Source of the DNA: the human T2T-CHM13v2.0 reference genome, Homo sapiens | DNA: 64,000 nt | NCBI RefSeq assembly: GCF_009914755.1 | Contig: NC_060929.1 | Direction: 5' to 3' (one strand) | In this document: positions 1-14,150 of the stretch, one piece after another | Layout: each line of letters begins with the position of its first letter | Numbering within the stretch: the stretch's first letter is position 1 | The notes under the pieces: model-generated | Database searches by the model: none | Told to the model about the DNA's origin: nothing | What the model saw: only the letters and a program-made list of their open reading frames with translations | Position numbers and translations under genes: made by a program

Positions 1-956
1 CCTTGGGGCCAGGCTGCCAGTTCCATGGACTGGAGTGAGAGCTTATGGTGCTTTTTCCAGGCCTGCCCATTGCTGCCCATGGACCAATCAGCACACATTT
101 TCTCCCCTCTGAAACCCATAAAAACCCCTGGACTCAGCCAGACTTGGGCAGTGGACAAGATGACCTGTCTGCAGATAGGAGCTACCTACTGTGGGTATCC
201 TCTCTGCTGAGAGCTGAACACTTGGGATGCCCTGCCTGCAGAGAGGAGCTACCCACTGTAGGTCTCCTCTCTGCTGAGAGCTGGAGTCTCATCAGAATGA
301 TCTGCCTGCAGAGAGGAGCTACCCCTGTAGGTCTCCTCTGAGCTGTTCTGTCACTCAATAAAGCACCTCTTCACCTTCTCACCCTCCACTCGTCTGCATA
401 CCTCATTCTTTCTGGACCTGGGACAAGAACTCAGGCCCCGCTGAATGGTGGGGCTGAAAGGGCTGTAACACAAACAGGGCTGAAACACATCCCTTACTCC
501 CCATTTTGCAGACGATGAGAGGAAGAGAAGAGGAGAGAAGAGCTGTGGCCCTTTGGGTATCCCAAACCAGGGTTGTGACACTCTTTTGGGCTCTGTAGTT
601 CCTGGCGTCTCCAAGCTTCCAGGTGCCACCACATTCCCCTGTGCTAGCCGTGGAAGCTGCTTGTGGTAAACATGGTCCAGCCGTAGTATGGAAGGGAGCC
701 GACACCCATGCCGGTGCCTGAAGCTGTCTGCCCCACCGCAGCAGTGGCCGGACCCCATGCTCCTTCGTTCACACACCACTCGTCCCTCCGTACGTGGCTC
801 ACCCTTGGCAGGCATGCGATAGAGCAGGCTAAGTGTAGCCTGCCAGGCTGAGTGGGTGGAATGAACCCAGCAGCCCGAGCAAAACTCAGGCAAAGGAGCC
901 AACGGCCACAGAGATTTCCAGCTGGAAAAAAGCAACATCTCAAGGATCCTGTGACA
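1..956 (+). mobile_element. MER52(A)-like ERV1 LTR, 3' part (starts before the window)
   Basis: GC-rich; AATAAA at ~357; GCTGTAACACAAACAGGGCTGAAACAC block; terminates GGATCCTGTGACA as in recalled MER52; internal ~65-bp repeats at 169-345. Confidence 0.85.
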
Positions 957-1125
957 ATATTTAATATTAAAATATAATCATGAATATGAACACACTACAT
1001 TAAAAGTAATTATTTATAATAAGTAACTTCTTAACTGGAAAAAATTTATGAGATTAAAATAGGTTTTTTCAATCAATTTACATATCCATGAATATAAATT
1101 TACTTATTTTTAGAATGAGACAACC

Positions 1126-1450
1126 TGTGATAGTTAGAATCCAACCAGAGAAACAGACCCAACAGAAGATATATATTAGGAGATTAAATGCAAATCTTTG
1201 ATTTAAATGATTGTGGGGGCTGGCTCAGCAGACTAAATTGTATAGGGCAGTCTGTCAGGAATGATCTCCTGGGACTATTTGGTAGAACATACAGCTATCA
1301 ATGCGCAACATTTCTTCTTTAGGGAAGCCTCAGCTCTGTTTTTACAGCCTTTCAGTTTATTGAATCAAGTCCACCAGATTATGTAGAATAATCTGCTTTA
1401 AAGAAACAGGTTATGGACTTTATTCACATCTACAAAATACCTTCAAAGCA
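1126..1450 (-). mobile_element. MLT2 (C/D-like) ERVL LTR, first part, split by L1
   Basis: CCAGAGAAACAGA...GATTGTGGGGGCTGG...TCACATCTACAAAATACCTTCA matches reverse MLT2; continues at 3266. Confidence 0.7.
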
Positions 1451-3265
1451 GAGGACATCAAAAAATGGAAAGATTCTCCATGTTAATGGAGTAGAACAAT
1501 CAATATTGTTAAAATATTCATACTACACAAAGCAAACTCCAGATTCAATGAAATTCCTATCAAAATAACAACTACATTCTTCACAGAAATAGGAAAAGCA
1601 ATTCTAAAATTTATATGAAACCACCAGAGACCCAAAATCACCAAAGATATCCTAAGCAAAATAGTAAAACTGGAGGAGTCACATTACCCGATTTAAAATT
1701 ATACTACAGAGCTATAGTAACCAAAACAGTATGATACTGGCATAAAAAAAGACACATAGACCAATGGAACAGAATAGAGAGCCCCAAAACAAATCCACGC
1801 ACCTACAGTGAACTCATTTTCAACAAAGTTGCCAAGAACATACACTGGGAAACAGACAGTCTCTTCAATAAAGGTTGTTGGGAAAACTCAATATCCATAT
1901 GCAAAAGAATAAACCTAGACCCCTATATCTTACCATATACAAAAATCAAATCAAAATTGATTAAACACTTAAATCTAAGACCTCAAACTATGACACTACT
2001 ACAAGAAAACATGCAGAAACTCTCCAGGTCATTGAGCTAGGCAAAAATTTCTTGAGTAAGACTCCACAAGCACAGGCAACCAAAGCAAAAATAGACAAAT
2101 GGGATTTTATCAAGTTTAAAAAAATTGGCAAAGCAAAAGATACAATCAATAAAGTGAAGAGACAACCTACAGAATGGGAGAAAGTATTTGCAAACTACCC
2201 ATCTGACAGGGGATTAATAACCAAAATATATAAGGAGCTCAAACAACTATATAGGAAAAATTTTAATAATTCAATTAAAAATGAGTCAAATATTTGAATA
2301 GGCATTTCTGAAAAAAAGACAAACAAATGGCAAAAAGGAATATGAAAAGGTGATCAACATCATTGATCATCAGAGAAATGCAACTCAAAACTACAATGAG
2401 ATATCATCTCACTCCAGTTAAAATGGTTTATAGCCAAGAGACAGGCAATAACAAATGCTGGTGAGGATGTAGAGGAAAGGAAACCCTTGTGCATTGTTGG
2501 TGGGAATGTAAATTAGTACAAAAAACTGTGGGGAATAGTTTGGAAGGCCCTCAAATAACTAAATATACATCTACCATATGATCCATTGATCCTGCTGCTG
2601 AGTATAGACCCGAAAGAATGATAATCAGTATATTAAAGAAATATCTAAACTCCCATGTTTGTTGCAGCAGTGTTCACAATAGCCAAGATTTGGATACAAC
2701 CAAGGTATCCATCAACAGATGAATGGATAAAGAAAATGTGGTACATATACACAATGGAGCACTAGTGAATGAAATCCTGTCATACAGAGCAACATGGCTG
2801 GAACTGGAGATCATTATTTTAAGGGAAATAAGCCAGGCACAGAAAGACAAACATCACATCTTCTCACTTATTTGTGGAATCTAAAAATCCAAATAATTAA
2901 ACTCATTGCTATTGAGAGTACAGGGATGGTTACCAGAGACTGGGAAGCATAGTGGAAAAGTAGGGATGAAGTGGGGATTGTTCATGGGCACAAAAAAATT
3001 AGAAAGAAAAAATAAGATTTAGTATTTGACAACAACACAGGGTGACTAAAGTCAATAATAATGTAATTGTACCTTTGAAAATAACTAAAAGAGTAGGACT
3101 GGATTGTTGGTAACACAAAGGATAAATGCTTGAGGGGATGGATAACCCATTTTTACTGATGTGATTATTATGCATTGCATGCCTGCATCAAAATATCTCA
3201 TATACCCTATAAATATATATACTTACTATGTACCCACAAAAATTGAAATTAAAAATTAAAAAAAA
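1451..3265 (+). mobile_element. 5'-truncated L1MA2/3-like LINE-1 (ORF2 3' part, 3'UTR, A-tail)
   Basis: ORF 2052-2297 ([11 protein letters not shown]...[20 protein letters not shown]) is L1 ORF2; L1MA-type 3'UTR; degenerate TSD AAAATACCTTCAAAGCA / AAAATACTTTCACAGAA. Confidence 0.92.
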
Positions 3266-3352
3266 TACTTTCACAGAAATAAGAAAGTTAGTGTTTGCAT
3301 ATCTAGGGATTGTACCCTAGCCAAGCTGACACAAAAGGCTGACCTTCAAACA
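3266..3352 (-). mobile_element. MLT2 LTR, second part
   Basis: TTAGTGTTTG...CCTAGCCAAGCTGACACA...TGACC is the reverse of the MLT2 5' end. Confidence 0.65.
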
Positions 3353-3460
3353 CAGTTTTGTATCAGCATTTGGGAATCTATTTTCAATCCCAAATTTTTC
3401 ATGTGATACATTTAAATATTGAGAAATCTTTCTCACAAGTGTAACCTAATGGAAATGAGG

Positions 3461-3461
<1 letters not shown>

Positions 3462-3493
<32 letters not shown>
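3462..3493. repeat. (TG)16 microsatellite
   Basis: direct reading. Confidence 0.97.
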
Positions 3494-3497
<4 letters not shown>

Positions 3498-3989
3498 TAA
3501 ATCTTTGTCATTAAATTATTTAAAGCCATTTCATATTATAGGCAAAATTCACATGGTGACCTCTCTGACCAAAATATATTTTCAAATCTATCTGCTAAAA
3601 ACTCTATTAGCTACTCAATTTATATAAAATATCTACAATATAAATCAATTGGCAAAGTCCATATATATTGTCAAACTAATCAGCCAAACATACTGAAATT
3701 TATAAGAAATGTTTTATTTTCAGTTTAGATAAATATATTAGTGTATATATATATATATATATAGCTTACAATTTTAGTTTGACAGATGTACAGATGTGTA
3801 CATGTAGACATAGACTTAGACAGTGCAGAGAGCCTGCTCTGAATTTCAGATGTGGGTGATAAAAATATACTTCCATTTTCAACAATTTTTACTGAATTAT
3901 TATCAGTTAATAAGCTATTACTCACAGGTCCAAAGTCACACTTCTCCAGTCAGCTTTGTGAGGCTGGACTAGAACCCTGCAAACCATGC

Positions 3990-4360
3990 TTTTTAAAAAC
4001 TATTTCAACTTTTATGTTAGATTTGAGGGGTTTGCTTACATATGTATATTACATAATACTGAAATTTGTTGCATTATGGGATGCAACAAATTTATGGGAT
4101 TGTTGATCTCATCACCCGTGTAGTAAGCATAGTACCCAATAGGGAGTTTGTCAGCCTTTGCCTCCCTCCCTTTCCCCCTGTAGCAGTTCTCAGTGTCTAC
4201 TGTTCTCATCCAGGAGTACCCAATGTTTAGCTCCCCCTTCCAAATGAGAACACGCAGTATTTGGTTTTCTGTTGTTGCATTAATTCACTTAGATAATGGC
4301 TTCCAGCTGCATACATATTACTGCAAAGGACATGATTTTATTCTTTCTATGGCTGTATTA
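3990..4360 (-). mobile_element. L1PA15/16-like 3'UTR fragment
   Basis: CATAGTACCCAATAG...TTTAGCTCCC...GAGAACA...TGCAAAGGACATGAT is reverse L1PA 3'UTR. Confidence 0.8.
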
Positions 4361-4374
4361 TCTTCTTTGGCTGT

Positions 4375-4780
4375 TTTCGTTTTTGTTTATTTTTTTCTTT
4401 CCAGCTTTTATTTTGTGTTCAGGGGGTACATGTGCAGGTTTGTTACATGGGTAAATTGTGTGTCATGGGAGTTTGATGTACAGATTATTTCATCACCCAG
4501 GTAATGAGTGATAATAAGGGAATAATCATAGTACCAGATAGGTGGTTTTCTATCCTCACCCACCTCCTACCCTCCACTATCAAGTACGTCTCAGTATCTG
4601 TTGTTCCCTTCATTATGTCCATGTTTACTTAGTATTTAGCTCCCACTTATAAGTGAGAACATGCAGTATTTTTTTCCACCTATGCATTAATTCACTTAAG
4701 ATAATGGCCTCCAGGTCTATCCATGTTGCTGCAAAGAACATTATCTCATTATTTTTTATGGTTGCATACTATTCCATGTG
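4375..4780 (-). mobile_element. L1PA13-15-like 3'UTR fragment
   Basis: GGGGGTACATGTGCAGGTTTGTTACATGGGT...GCTCCCACTTATAAGTGAGAACATG. Confidence 0.85.
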
Positions 4781-5549
4781 CAAATCATATTTCTAATTGG
4801 TCAGCTGTTTCCCTATTATGTTCTACCAATGGGGGCATTATAGACTTATTGGCTAAGAAAGCAGGGATTTTCTGTTTTCTTCATGTCAGCATTACTTTAA
4901 CTTTTTTTTATAACAGCAACAGTTTGTTCCCATAACAGTGGGTGGAGACAGTGAGCAGTTTTCTATTTATGTACAGAGCCAACCTCACAGCCCCTGACTA
5001 AGAAACAACAGAACCAATCAAGCAGCATGACCTTTTGAGAAGTCTAAATTTCAGCTTTTCAAGGATACTCTTCTAAAGTTTAAATTTTCATTATTTCAGA
5101 TATTCCCCTTTATTCCCTCACACACAAGGGTAGTAACTAGTTTCTACAGGTTGATACCTATGTAATTATGATCTTATTTTTTTCTTTGTTGACCAGTTAC
5201 CAAGCATTTATATCTAGTTAATACATTCATTTTATGTGAATATATCTAGTAAAATATGTGCTTTAATTTTTGTTTCCTGACCAAGCCTAATTAAGGTAGA
5301 TTCATTTTTCCTTGTGCATTAAAATGTACAACAGACCTCTGCTATTACCTCATTGGTTAAGCTTGAATCATATGTTCACATCTAGCTACAAGAAGAACAG
5401 ATCAAACACATTTTCAACTTTGTTAATTTTACAGTAACAACAGGTAAAGCATACTCTTATTATAAGCACCCTTAAGGGGAAATCTAAATTATTAATCCAA
5501 TCAACCTTGTGTCTACAACATAAGATTAATTACAATAGAAATAAGTTAG

Positions 5550-7199
5550 ATAAGAGTTTTTAAAATCAAAGAAAGCAAGTTACAATAAAACAGTTAAGTG
5601 TCTACTATCATTAACAGTAATGATAGCCTTTTGGAAATTGTAATCGTAATTTGAAAAACAAACTTGGAGATTTCTACTGAGTCACAGAAAAGAAGGCAAA
5701 AGAGATTAAAGAGAAAAAGAAAGAGGAAAATTGATAAACAAGTAAGTGGGCAACAACTATCTGAACCAAGAATTAAGAGTATCTTAAAAGACTACACAGA
5801 ACAATAGAAAAGCCATATAAGTATCAAATATCAAATGCACAACTGAAAAAAAATATGATGGAGAAATATGAAAAGGTGCAAAATAAAATCGTTAACCATT
5901 CTAGGAAAAGGTATTAAAAGTTGAAAAATAGAAAATAAAAAGTATATTTGTTAAAGACAACAGAATTTATAGAGATGAAACAGATATTAAAAGGAAAAAT
6001 GCTCAAAATAGAAAGAAAAGCAGATTAAACACTACATATTGAAAAAAGATAAGTGAACCTAAGGACATGGCAGTATAAATTATGTAAAAAGAATCATATA
6101 GAGAAAGAAACCTGAAAAAAAGATCAAAAAGTCTAATAAAACTGTTAATAAAGACCTAAAAATAAAACAAAATAAAAAATGGAGTCAGAATGGGCTGAAT
6201 AAAATATTTGGAGAAATAATGGCAAAAAATTTTCTGATTTTAATAAAACTATAATTTTATAGGTTCAAAGTGCTAAACAAGCCCTAAGTAGGATAAACAG
6301 AAAGAAAATCACTCAAATTACAATCTAATGAAATTCCTGAAACCAATTTTATAGATTGACTTAAAGGTAGCTATATATAAATGACAACAAAAAGATAATG
6401 ACAAGAGATTTCTAATCAGATACAATATAATTTGGAAAATAAATGTTTTTAATTACTGACAAATATTTTATAGATATTTGAAAAAGCCAGGTAAATAAAA
6501 AACATTGTGTTGTGATATGTAAGGAGCTAAGGGACTTCATCCAGCATAAATGCAGTACAATAAATTTTAAGAGAAAGTACTTACGTAGAAGTAGAACAAT
6601 GCAAGATGAAAATTTGCTAATAATCAATAAGAAATAACAAAGCATGAATAACCAATAAAACAAAAGAAATTAAAAACTCTAATCTGCACATGTCTATGAA
6701 AACAAATTTGAACATACTTAGGAATTTTCTGAGAAACACAAATAACCAATTTGACCCTGGTAGAGTTTGAAAGTCTAAGCAGATAAATTACCATACTATG
6801 AATAGAAAAGTTATTAAGCAGTCCTCTACAAACAATAACCAGATTCATGCATTGTTTCAAAAGGGAATTCTATGAAAACTTCAAAGACCATATGGTTTCA
6901 ATGTGCCATAAATTGTTCAAGAGCACTTAAAATGAAAAATCCTTTCTAATTCCTTTTAGAAAGTAGGGATAGCAGTGACACCTAAAGCTGGTAAAAAGAA
7001 GAAAGAAAAGAAAGGAGAAAGAAGAAAAGAAAAGAAAAAAGAAAAGAAAGAAAAGAAAAGAAAGAAAAAAATAAGAAAGAAAGAGAAAGAAAAAAAGAAA
7101 GAAAGAGAGAAAAGAAAGAAAGGAAGGAAAAGAAAGAAAGAAAAGGAAGGAAGGAAGGCAGGCGTCAAAATCGCTCAAGAATATTAATGTCAAGAAGCT
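5550..7199 (+). mobile_element. Old L1M/L1ME fragments (ORF1 and ORF2 remnants)
   Basis: AAAATATTTGGAGAAATAATGGCAAAAAATTTT (ORF1-like) and degenerate ORF2 motifs; strong A-bias. Confidence 0.6.
6993..7158. repeat. (GAAA)n/(GGAA)n polypurine tract
   Basis: 166 bp with a single pyrimidine. Confidence 0.95.
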
Positions 7200-9800
7200 T
7201 CAAAATGACTTACCAGAAGCATTTCATGCCCACCTCTTCCACTTAGAAGAACCGAAATAGTGTATAACAGTCACACTTTGAATAGTTTACCCAAAAGAGA
7301 ATGCTGGAATTCAACACAGAAGCGGCAGGAAACACCAAGGCATGGAAGAAGGGAGAGAGGCAGCCTTCCTGGCTGGGATCAGCTGGGAGCTGAAAATGAC
7401 TTCCGAATGCAGGGAAAAGGTGAGTGGGAGACTTCCAGGGTCCCATGTTCCCACCATGCAATTATTCAATCCTGGCCATGGGAGGACCCCTTGCTCTTCC
7501 CAAGTCCTGAAACTAACATAGGAAGCTGCCAGGAGGCAGCTTCGTGAGAACTGGACAGAACTTGCTCAGAACTTAGATAGAACTGCTCCATAGAGGAAGC
7601 TTATGCTGGGTCCCATCCCCTTTCTGAGACCTAAGTGGCTACATCAAAGCGCCGTTTTTAAATCTAGGCTTTGGCAGACTGCTTGCTGCCCTGGAGGTTA
7701 GCAGCACTGAAACTGATGTGTTATAGAAACTCAGGTTGTCAATGATGGAACTGAGGAGTGAGCTGGGCATGCTGCCACAGCTGGGGATAATAAGCAAGCA
7801 AGGTACGGATTGCAGTTGCTGGTACCAACTAGTGAGCACTGCTAGGACAGAGACTTGGACACAGCGGAATGTGAGTTACTGCTGGTACTTAGTCAACAGT
7901 TGGTTGGGGGCTTCTGGAGCTGTGGTGGAGATGTAAGCTAGGTGCAAGCTCTCACCACCAGCGCTAGGGGAAAGCCCATTGGGTATAGGGCTTGAGAGGA
8001 ATGTTCAGTTCCTACTCAGTGGCCCAGGCTGTGGTCACCAAGGATGGCACCATTCTTCTTAGTGGTGGGGCTTTAGCAAACCTGCTATCACTCAAGCATT
8101 TCACCTGGAGCCTGAGGATTTCCCCACTCCTGCACACCAGAGCTGGTGCTTGCTCTTATCATTGGGAAGTCTGAGTATAAGCCCACCTAGCCAAGATTTG
8201 CCCCTCCCCTGAGACAGAGCACATAGCCCGAGGTTTTGGAGATTGCTTCTAGAATTCAACCAAGCCACGTAGAGGCCCAAGAATTGGCCCACTGGTAACT
8301 GCCAACACAGGTGGCAGTATACACCACCCTGAGGCACAAAGATAGGCATGCTCATCTCACCACTGCCACCACTGTGTCCTGAAGACTGGCCAAGCTGGCA
8401 TTCAAGTCCCCAGCATAACTTCACCCCAACCTCCACTAATAATTTTACCCTAAGCCACGGAGGGAATTTCACATGCAACTAACAAAGTGTACAGTCAAAG
8501 AAATCATACAGAGACCACACTACTGCATGCACACAGAATCAAAGCCAAAATACCTTACCCAACTAACACCACAGATACATCCTTAGGAAAAGGATCCCCA
8601 CAAAAGTAAATTCAAAACTAAAAAGTAACTGCTACACCAGATGCATATGTATCAAAAAAAAAAGAAAGAAAACATAAAAAAAAATCAAGAAAATGTGACA
8701 CCTCCAAAGGAATCTACTAATGCTCTGGCAATACATCTTAAATGACCAAAAAAATTGAAATCCCAGATAAAGAAATCCAAATATTGATTTTAAAGCTCAG
8801 TAACATAAAAGAGAATTCTGAAAAATAATACAAAATCAGAAAAACAATTTTTGGATGTGAATGAAAATTTTGCCAGAGATATTTTAAAAAGAACAAAATA
8901 GAAATTCTGGAAGTGAAGAATTCATTGAAGAAAATGCAAAAATACATTCAAAACCTTCGGGAAGAAGAAAGAATTTTAGAACTTGAAGAGAGATCTTTTG
9001 AAATAATTGAATCAGACAAAAATAAAGAAAAATAATAACAAAAAAGAATGAGCAAATTCATTATGACATTTGGGATAACACGAAGTGATTGAATATCAAA
9101 TTATTGGCATACAAAGGGCAAAGAAACAAAGAAAGAATTAGAAAACCTATTTACTGAAATAATAGATGAAAACATCCCAAGTCTAGAGAGAGATTTGGAC
9201 ATGCAAATACAGGGGGCTCAATGATATCCAGGCAGATAAAATGTAAAACAGTCTTCTTCAAGACACATTATAGTCAGACTGTCTAAAATCGAAGAGAAAG
9301 AGTGAATTCTATAAACAACAAAAGAAAAGCATCTAGTCACCTATGATGGAAACCATATCAGACTAACAGTGGTGAATGTGTTACCACTAGGTTGACCCTA
9401 AAGAAATGTTCAAGGAAATTCTAAACCTGGAAGAGAAAGGACAATATTTACCATTGTGAAAACATATAAGAGTGTAAAACTCACTGGTAACACAATTACA
9501 CACAGAAGAAAGAGAAAGAACTCAAATGCTACCATTACAAACATCCACCAAAGCACAGTGACAAACAATAAAAGAAAAACAAGAACAAAGAATAAACAAC
9601 CAGAAAACAATTAGCGATATGACAGAAACAAAGCCTCACATATAAATAATAATCTCGAACCTAAATGAATTAAATTCTCCACTTAAAAGATACATTATGT
9701 CTGAATGGATTACAAAAAACCAAATAAAACATGATCCAATTACATGCTTCTTTAAAGGAAACTAATTTTTCCAGTAAAGACACATATAGACTGAAAGTAA

Positions 9801-10267
<467 letters not shown>

Positions 10268-10404
10268 TGACAAAGAAGCTTATTTTGTAATCATAAAGAG
10301 ATCAATCCAGCAAGAGGTTGTAAGGATTCTAAGTAAATACAAACCCAAAATTAGAGCACTCAGACTTATAAAGCAAGTATTACTCAGTCTAAAGCAAGAG
10401 ATAG

Positions 10405-10715
10405 GGCTGGACATGGTGGTTCACACCTGTAATCCCAGCACTATGGGAGGCTGAGGCAGGCGAATCACTTGAGGTCAGGCATTTGAGAGCAGCCTGGCCA
10501 ACATGGTGAAACCACATCTTTACTAAAAGAAAAACAAAAATTTGCCGGGCGTGGTGGAAGGTGCCTATAATCCCAGCTACTCAGGAGGCCGAGGCAGGAG
10601 AATAGCTTAAACCCGGGAGGCAGAGGTAGTGAGGCAAGACTGTGCCACTGCACTCCAGTTTGGGGGACAGAGTGAGATTCTGTTTCTAAATAAATAAATA
10701 AATAAAATAAAAATA
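10405..10715 (+). mobile_element. AluS (Sx/Sz-like)
   Basis: full dimer with (TAAA)n tail; TSD AAGAGATAG. Confidence 0.95.
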
Positions 10716-13349
10716 AAGAGATAGACTGCATTACAGTTATGGTGACAGACTTCATTGCCCCACCCTCAGCATTAGACAGATCATCTAGACAGAAAAGCAA
10801 TACAGAAATGTTAACTTTAAACTAAACTTTAGACCAAATGGACCTAACGAACATTAGCAGATAATTCTATCCAACAACTGCAGAATATACATTAATTTCA
10901 CCAGCACATCAAACATTAACCAGGATTGACTATGTTAGGGCACAAAATCAGTCACAACAAATTTTAAAAAATCAAAACCATATAGGTATCTTCTCAGATC
11001 ACAATGGAATGAAACTAGAAATAAACACCAAAAAGAACTTTGGAAATCACACAAATACATACAAATTAACATATTTCTAAAGGACCATTGAGTTAGTTAA
11101 TAAATTAAACTGGAAATCAAAAAGTGTTTTAAAACAAGTAAAAATGGAAATACAACATACCAAAATGTGTGGGATACAGCAAAAGAAGTGCTAAGATGGA
11201 AACGTATAGCAATAAATGCCTGTATCAAAAAAGTAGAAAAATTATGAATTAATAGTCTAACAATGCACCTCATGGAACTAGAAAAGCAAGAACAAACCAG
11301 AACTAAAATTAGCAGAAAAAAAAAAGATTGGAGCATAATTAAACAAAATAGAGATTAAAAAAATACAAAGGATTAATTAAACAAAAAGTTGTTTCTTCAA
11401 AAAGATAAACAAAATTGATAAACTGTTAACTAGACTAACCATGGAAAGAAAAAGTAGATCCAAGTAAACAAAATCAGAAATGAAAGAAGAGACATACTGA
11501 TATCATAGATATACAAAAGATTATCAGAGACTATTATGAACAACTATATGCTAACAAACTGGAAAACCTAAAGGAAATGAATAAATTCCTGGAAACATAC
11601 AACCTACCATGATTGAATCAGAAGAAATAGAAATCTTGAAGAGACTAATAATGAGTAGTTGGATTGAATCAGTAATAAAAAGCCTTCTGACAGTGAAATG
11701 CCCAGGACCAGATAAACAGTTGAGTTCTGCCGAATGTAAAAAGAAGAATTAATACCAATCCTCCAGAAACTATTGTTTAAAAGCAAGATGGAGGAAATTC
11801 TCCCCAACTCATTCTTCAAGGTCAACATTACTCTGATACCAAAATCAGACAAGGACACACAAAAAAACAAAATTACAGGCCAACATTCCTAATGGCAAAA
11901 ATCCTCCAGAAAATATTAGCAAATCAAATCTAACAGCACATTAAAAAGATAATATACCATGATCTAGTGGGATTTATACCGGAGATGTAAGAATGATTCA
12001 ACATATGCAAATAAATAAATTGGATACAACATATCAACAGAAAAAAGAACAAAAACCATGCGATGATGATTATCTCAGTAGGCAGAAAAAAAGCATTTGA
12101 TAAATTTCAACATCCCTTCATGATAAAAACCCTCAACAAACCAGGCATAGAAGGTCATGTATGATAAACCCACAGCTAACATTATGTTGAATGGTAAAAA
12201 GTTGAAAGCCTTTCCTCTAAGAACTGGAACAAGACAGGGATGCCCACCTTCACCACTCCTAATCAACATAATACTGGAAGTCCTAACAACAGTAATAAGA
12301 CATGAGAAAAAAAATAAAAACATCCAATTAGAAAAGAGAAACTCAAATTTTCCCTCATTATTTGATGATATGATCTTATATCTGGAAAAAAGCTAAAGAC
12401 TCTATCCAAAACGTCTTTGACTTGATAAATTCTGTAAAGTTACAGGATACAAAATCAAGGTACAATTGTTAGCATTACTATTTCCCAATAATGATCCAGC
12501 CAATAAAGAATGCATTCCCAATAATAATAGTTACAAAAAAAATAAAATAAATTACCTAGGAATAAATTTAACCCAGGAGTTAAAAAAAAAAAATCTCTGC
12601 AAGGAAAACTACAAAACATTGATGAAATAAATGGAAGATGACCCAAATGGAAAAACATTGCATGCTCATGTATTGTAAGAATACTGTTACAATGACATTG
12701 CTCAAAGCAATCTAGAGATTCAAGGCAATGCCTATCAAAATACCAATGTAATTCTTCACAAAAGTAGATAAAACAATGCTAAACTTCATATGAATTCAAA
12801 AAAGCACTTGAATAGCCAAAGAAATCCTGAACTAAAAAAACAGAGCTAGAGTCATCACATTACCTGACTTCAAAATATATTACATCTTAGACTATGGTAA
12901 TCAAAATAGCATAATATTGGTATAAAAATAGGCACATAGACCAATGGTAAACAATAGATAACCCAGAAAGAAAGCCAGATAATTATAGCTAACTGATCTT
13001 TGACAAAGCCAACAAATAATTGCATTGGAAAAAGGACACTGCTTCAATAAATGGTGCCAGAAAAATTGGATAGCCACATAAAAAGAATGAAACCAGACCC
13101 CTATTTATCACTATGGACAAAAATCAACTGAAAATGGATTAAAGACTTAAATGTAAAACCCCCCAAAATAAAAATACTAGAAGAAAACCTAGGGAAAACT
13201 CTCGTGGACATTGTTCTAGTCAAATAAGCCTAGGATCTCAAAACCACAGGAGACAAAAACAAAAATAGACAAATATGACTCTATTAAACTAAAAACCTTC
13301 TACACATAAACAGAAACAATCAACAGAATGAAGATATAACCTGCTGATG

Positions 13350-13749
13350 TATCAGAGGAATAAAACTATTTTTATGCATGCTATGACAGTATACCTAGAA
13401 ATACATAAAACACCAATGACGGAATTAGCTCAATCAATAAAATAATTCATTGTATAACAAAATATAAAGTCAATACATAAAAATCAATAGCCTTCCTATA
13501 CTAAACAATAAGCAAACAGAAAACACAATAGTAGAGAAAAAAACATTTAAAACAGCAACCACACAAAATAAATACATAAACGTTAATAAGAAATGTGCAA
13601 AATTTATACAGAAAAACTTTTAAAAACTTTTAAAAGATTAAGAAATATATACAATATATTTGTATATGTTTTAAAGATATTTAAATATAAATAAATTTAA
13701 CATACATTCTTATATAGTTAAATGTATAGGTTATATATGTGCTTGTGTG

Positions 13750-13781
<32 letters not shown>

Positions 13782-14150
13782 CAGAGAGACAGAGACAGAG
13801 ACATGGAGAAGATGAAAGATGTTTCACATTGTTTGACAGGATAACTCAACATTATAAAGATGTCAGTTCTCTTTAATTTATAAATGATATGTTACCCCAG
13901 TAAAGATAACTCCACATTTTTTATAGAGTTAGAAAAATTGATTCTGAAGTTCATATGGTAGACAAACATGTGAGAATGAACATGGAACCATTGAGAGCAG
14001 AAGAGAGGTTGTTACTAAACTACTATAGAGATTAGTACTGTCAGACTTTAAAACATACTAAGCTTCTATAATTAAGAAATGTAGCATTGGCATATGAATA
14101 GACAAGAAACTAGTGGGAATAAAATAGATTACCCAGAAATAGATCCAGGT
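13350..14150 (+). mobile_element. Old L1ME-like ORF2 fragment
   Basis: AAAGTCAATACATAAAAATCAATAGCC; ACCCAGAAATAGATCCA; contains (TA)n(GA)n at ~13750-13803. Confidence 0.6.

Larger units (their letters stand above)
3899..5300. mobile_element. LTR33-like ERVL LTR interrupted by two L1PA fragments
   Basis: GTGAGGCTGGACTAGAACCCTGCAAACCA before the insertions and CAGCTG...TTCTACCAATGGGGGCA after them resemble recalled LTR33. Confidence 0.5.

Noticed and set aside
169-345. Three ~65-bp spaced repeats resembling a CRISPR-like array
   Set aside because: They are degenerate internal repeats of the MER52 LTR in primate DNA, with no cas genes.
351-938. Longest ORF in the track (195 aa)
   Set aside because: It is antisense within a GC-rich LTR, has no recognisable domain, and is expected by chance.
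6927-7193. Lys/Glu-rich and Phe-rich ORFs
   Set aside because: They are translations of the (GAAA)n tract.
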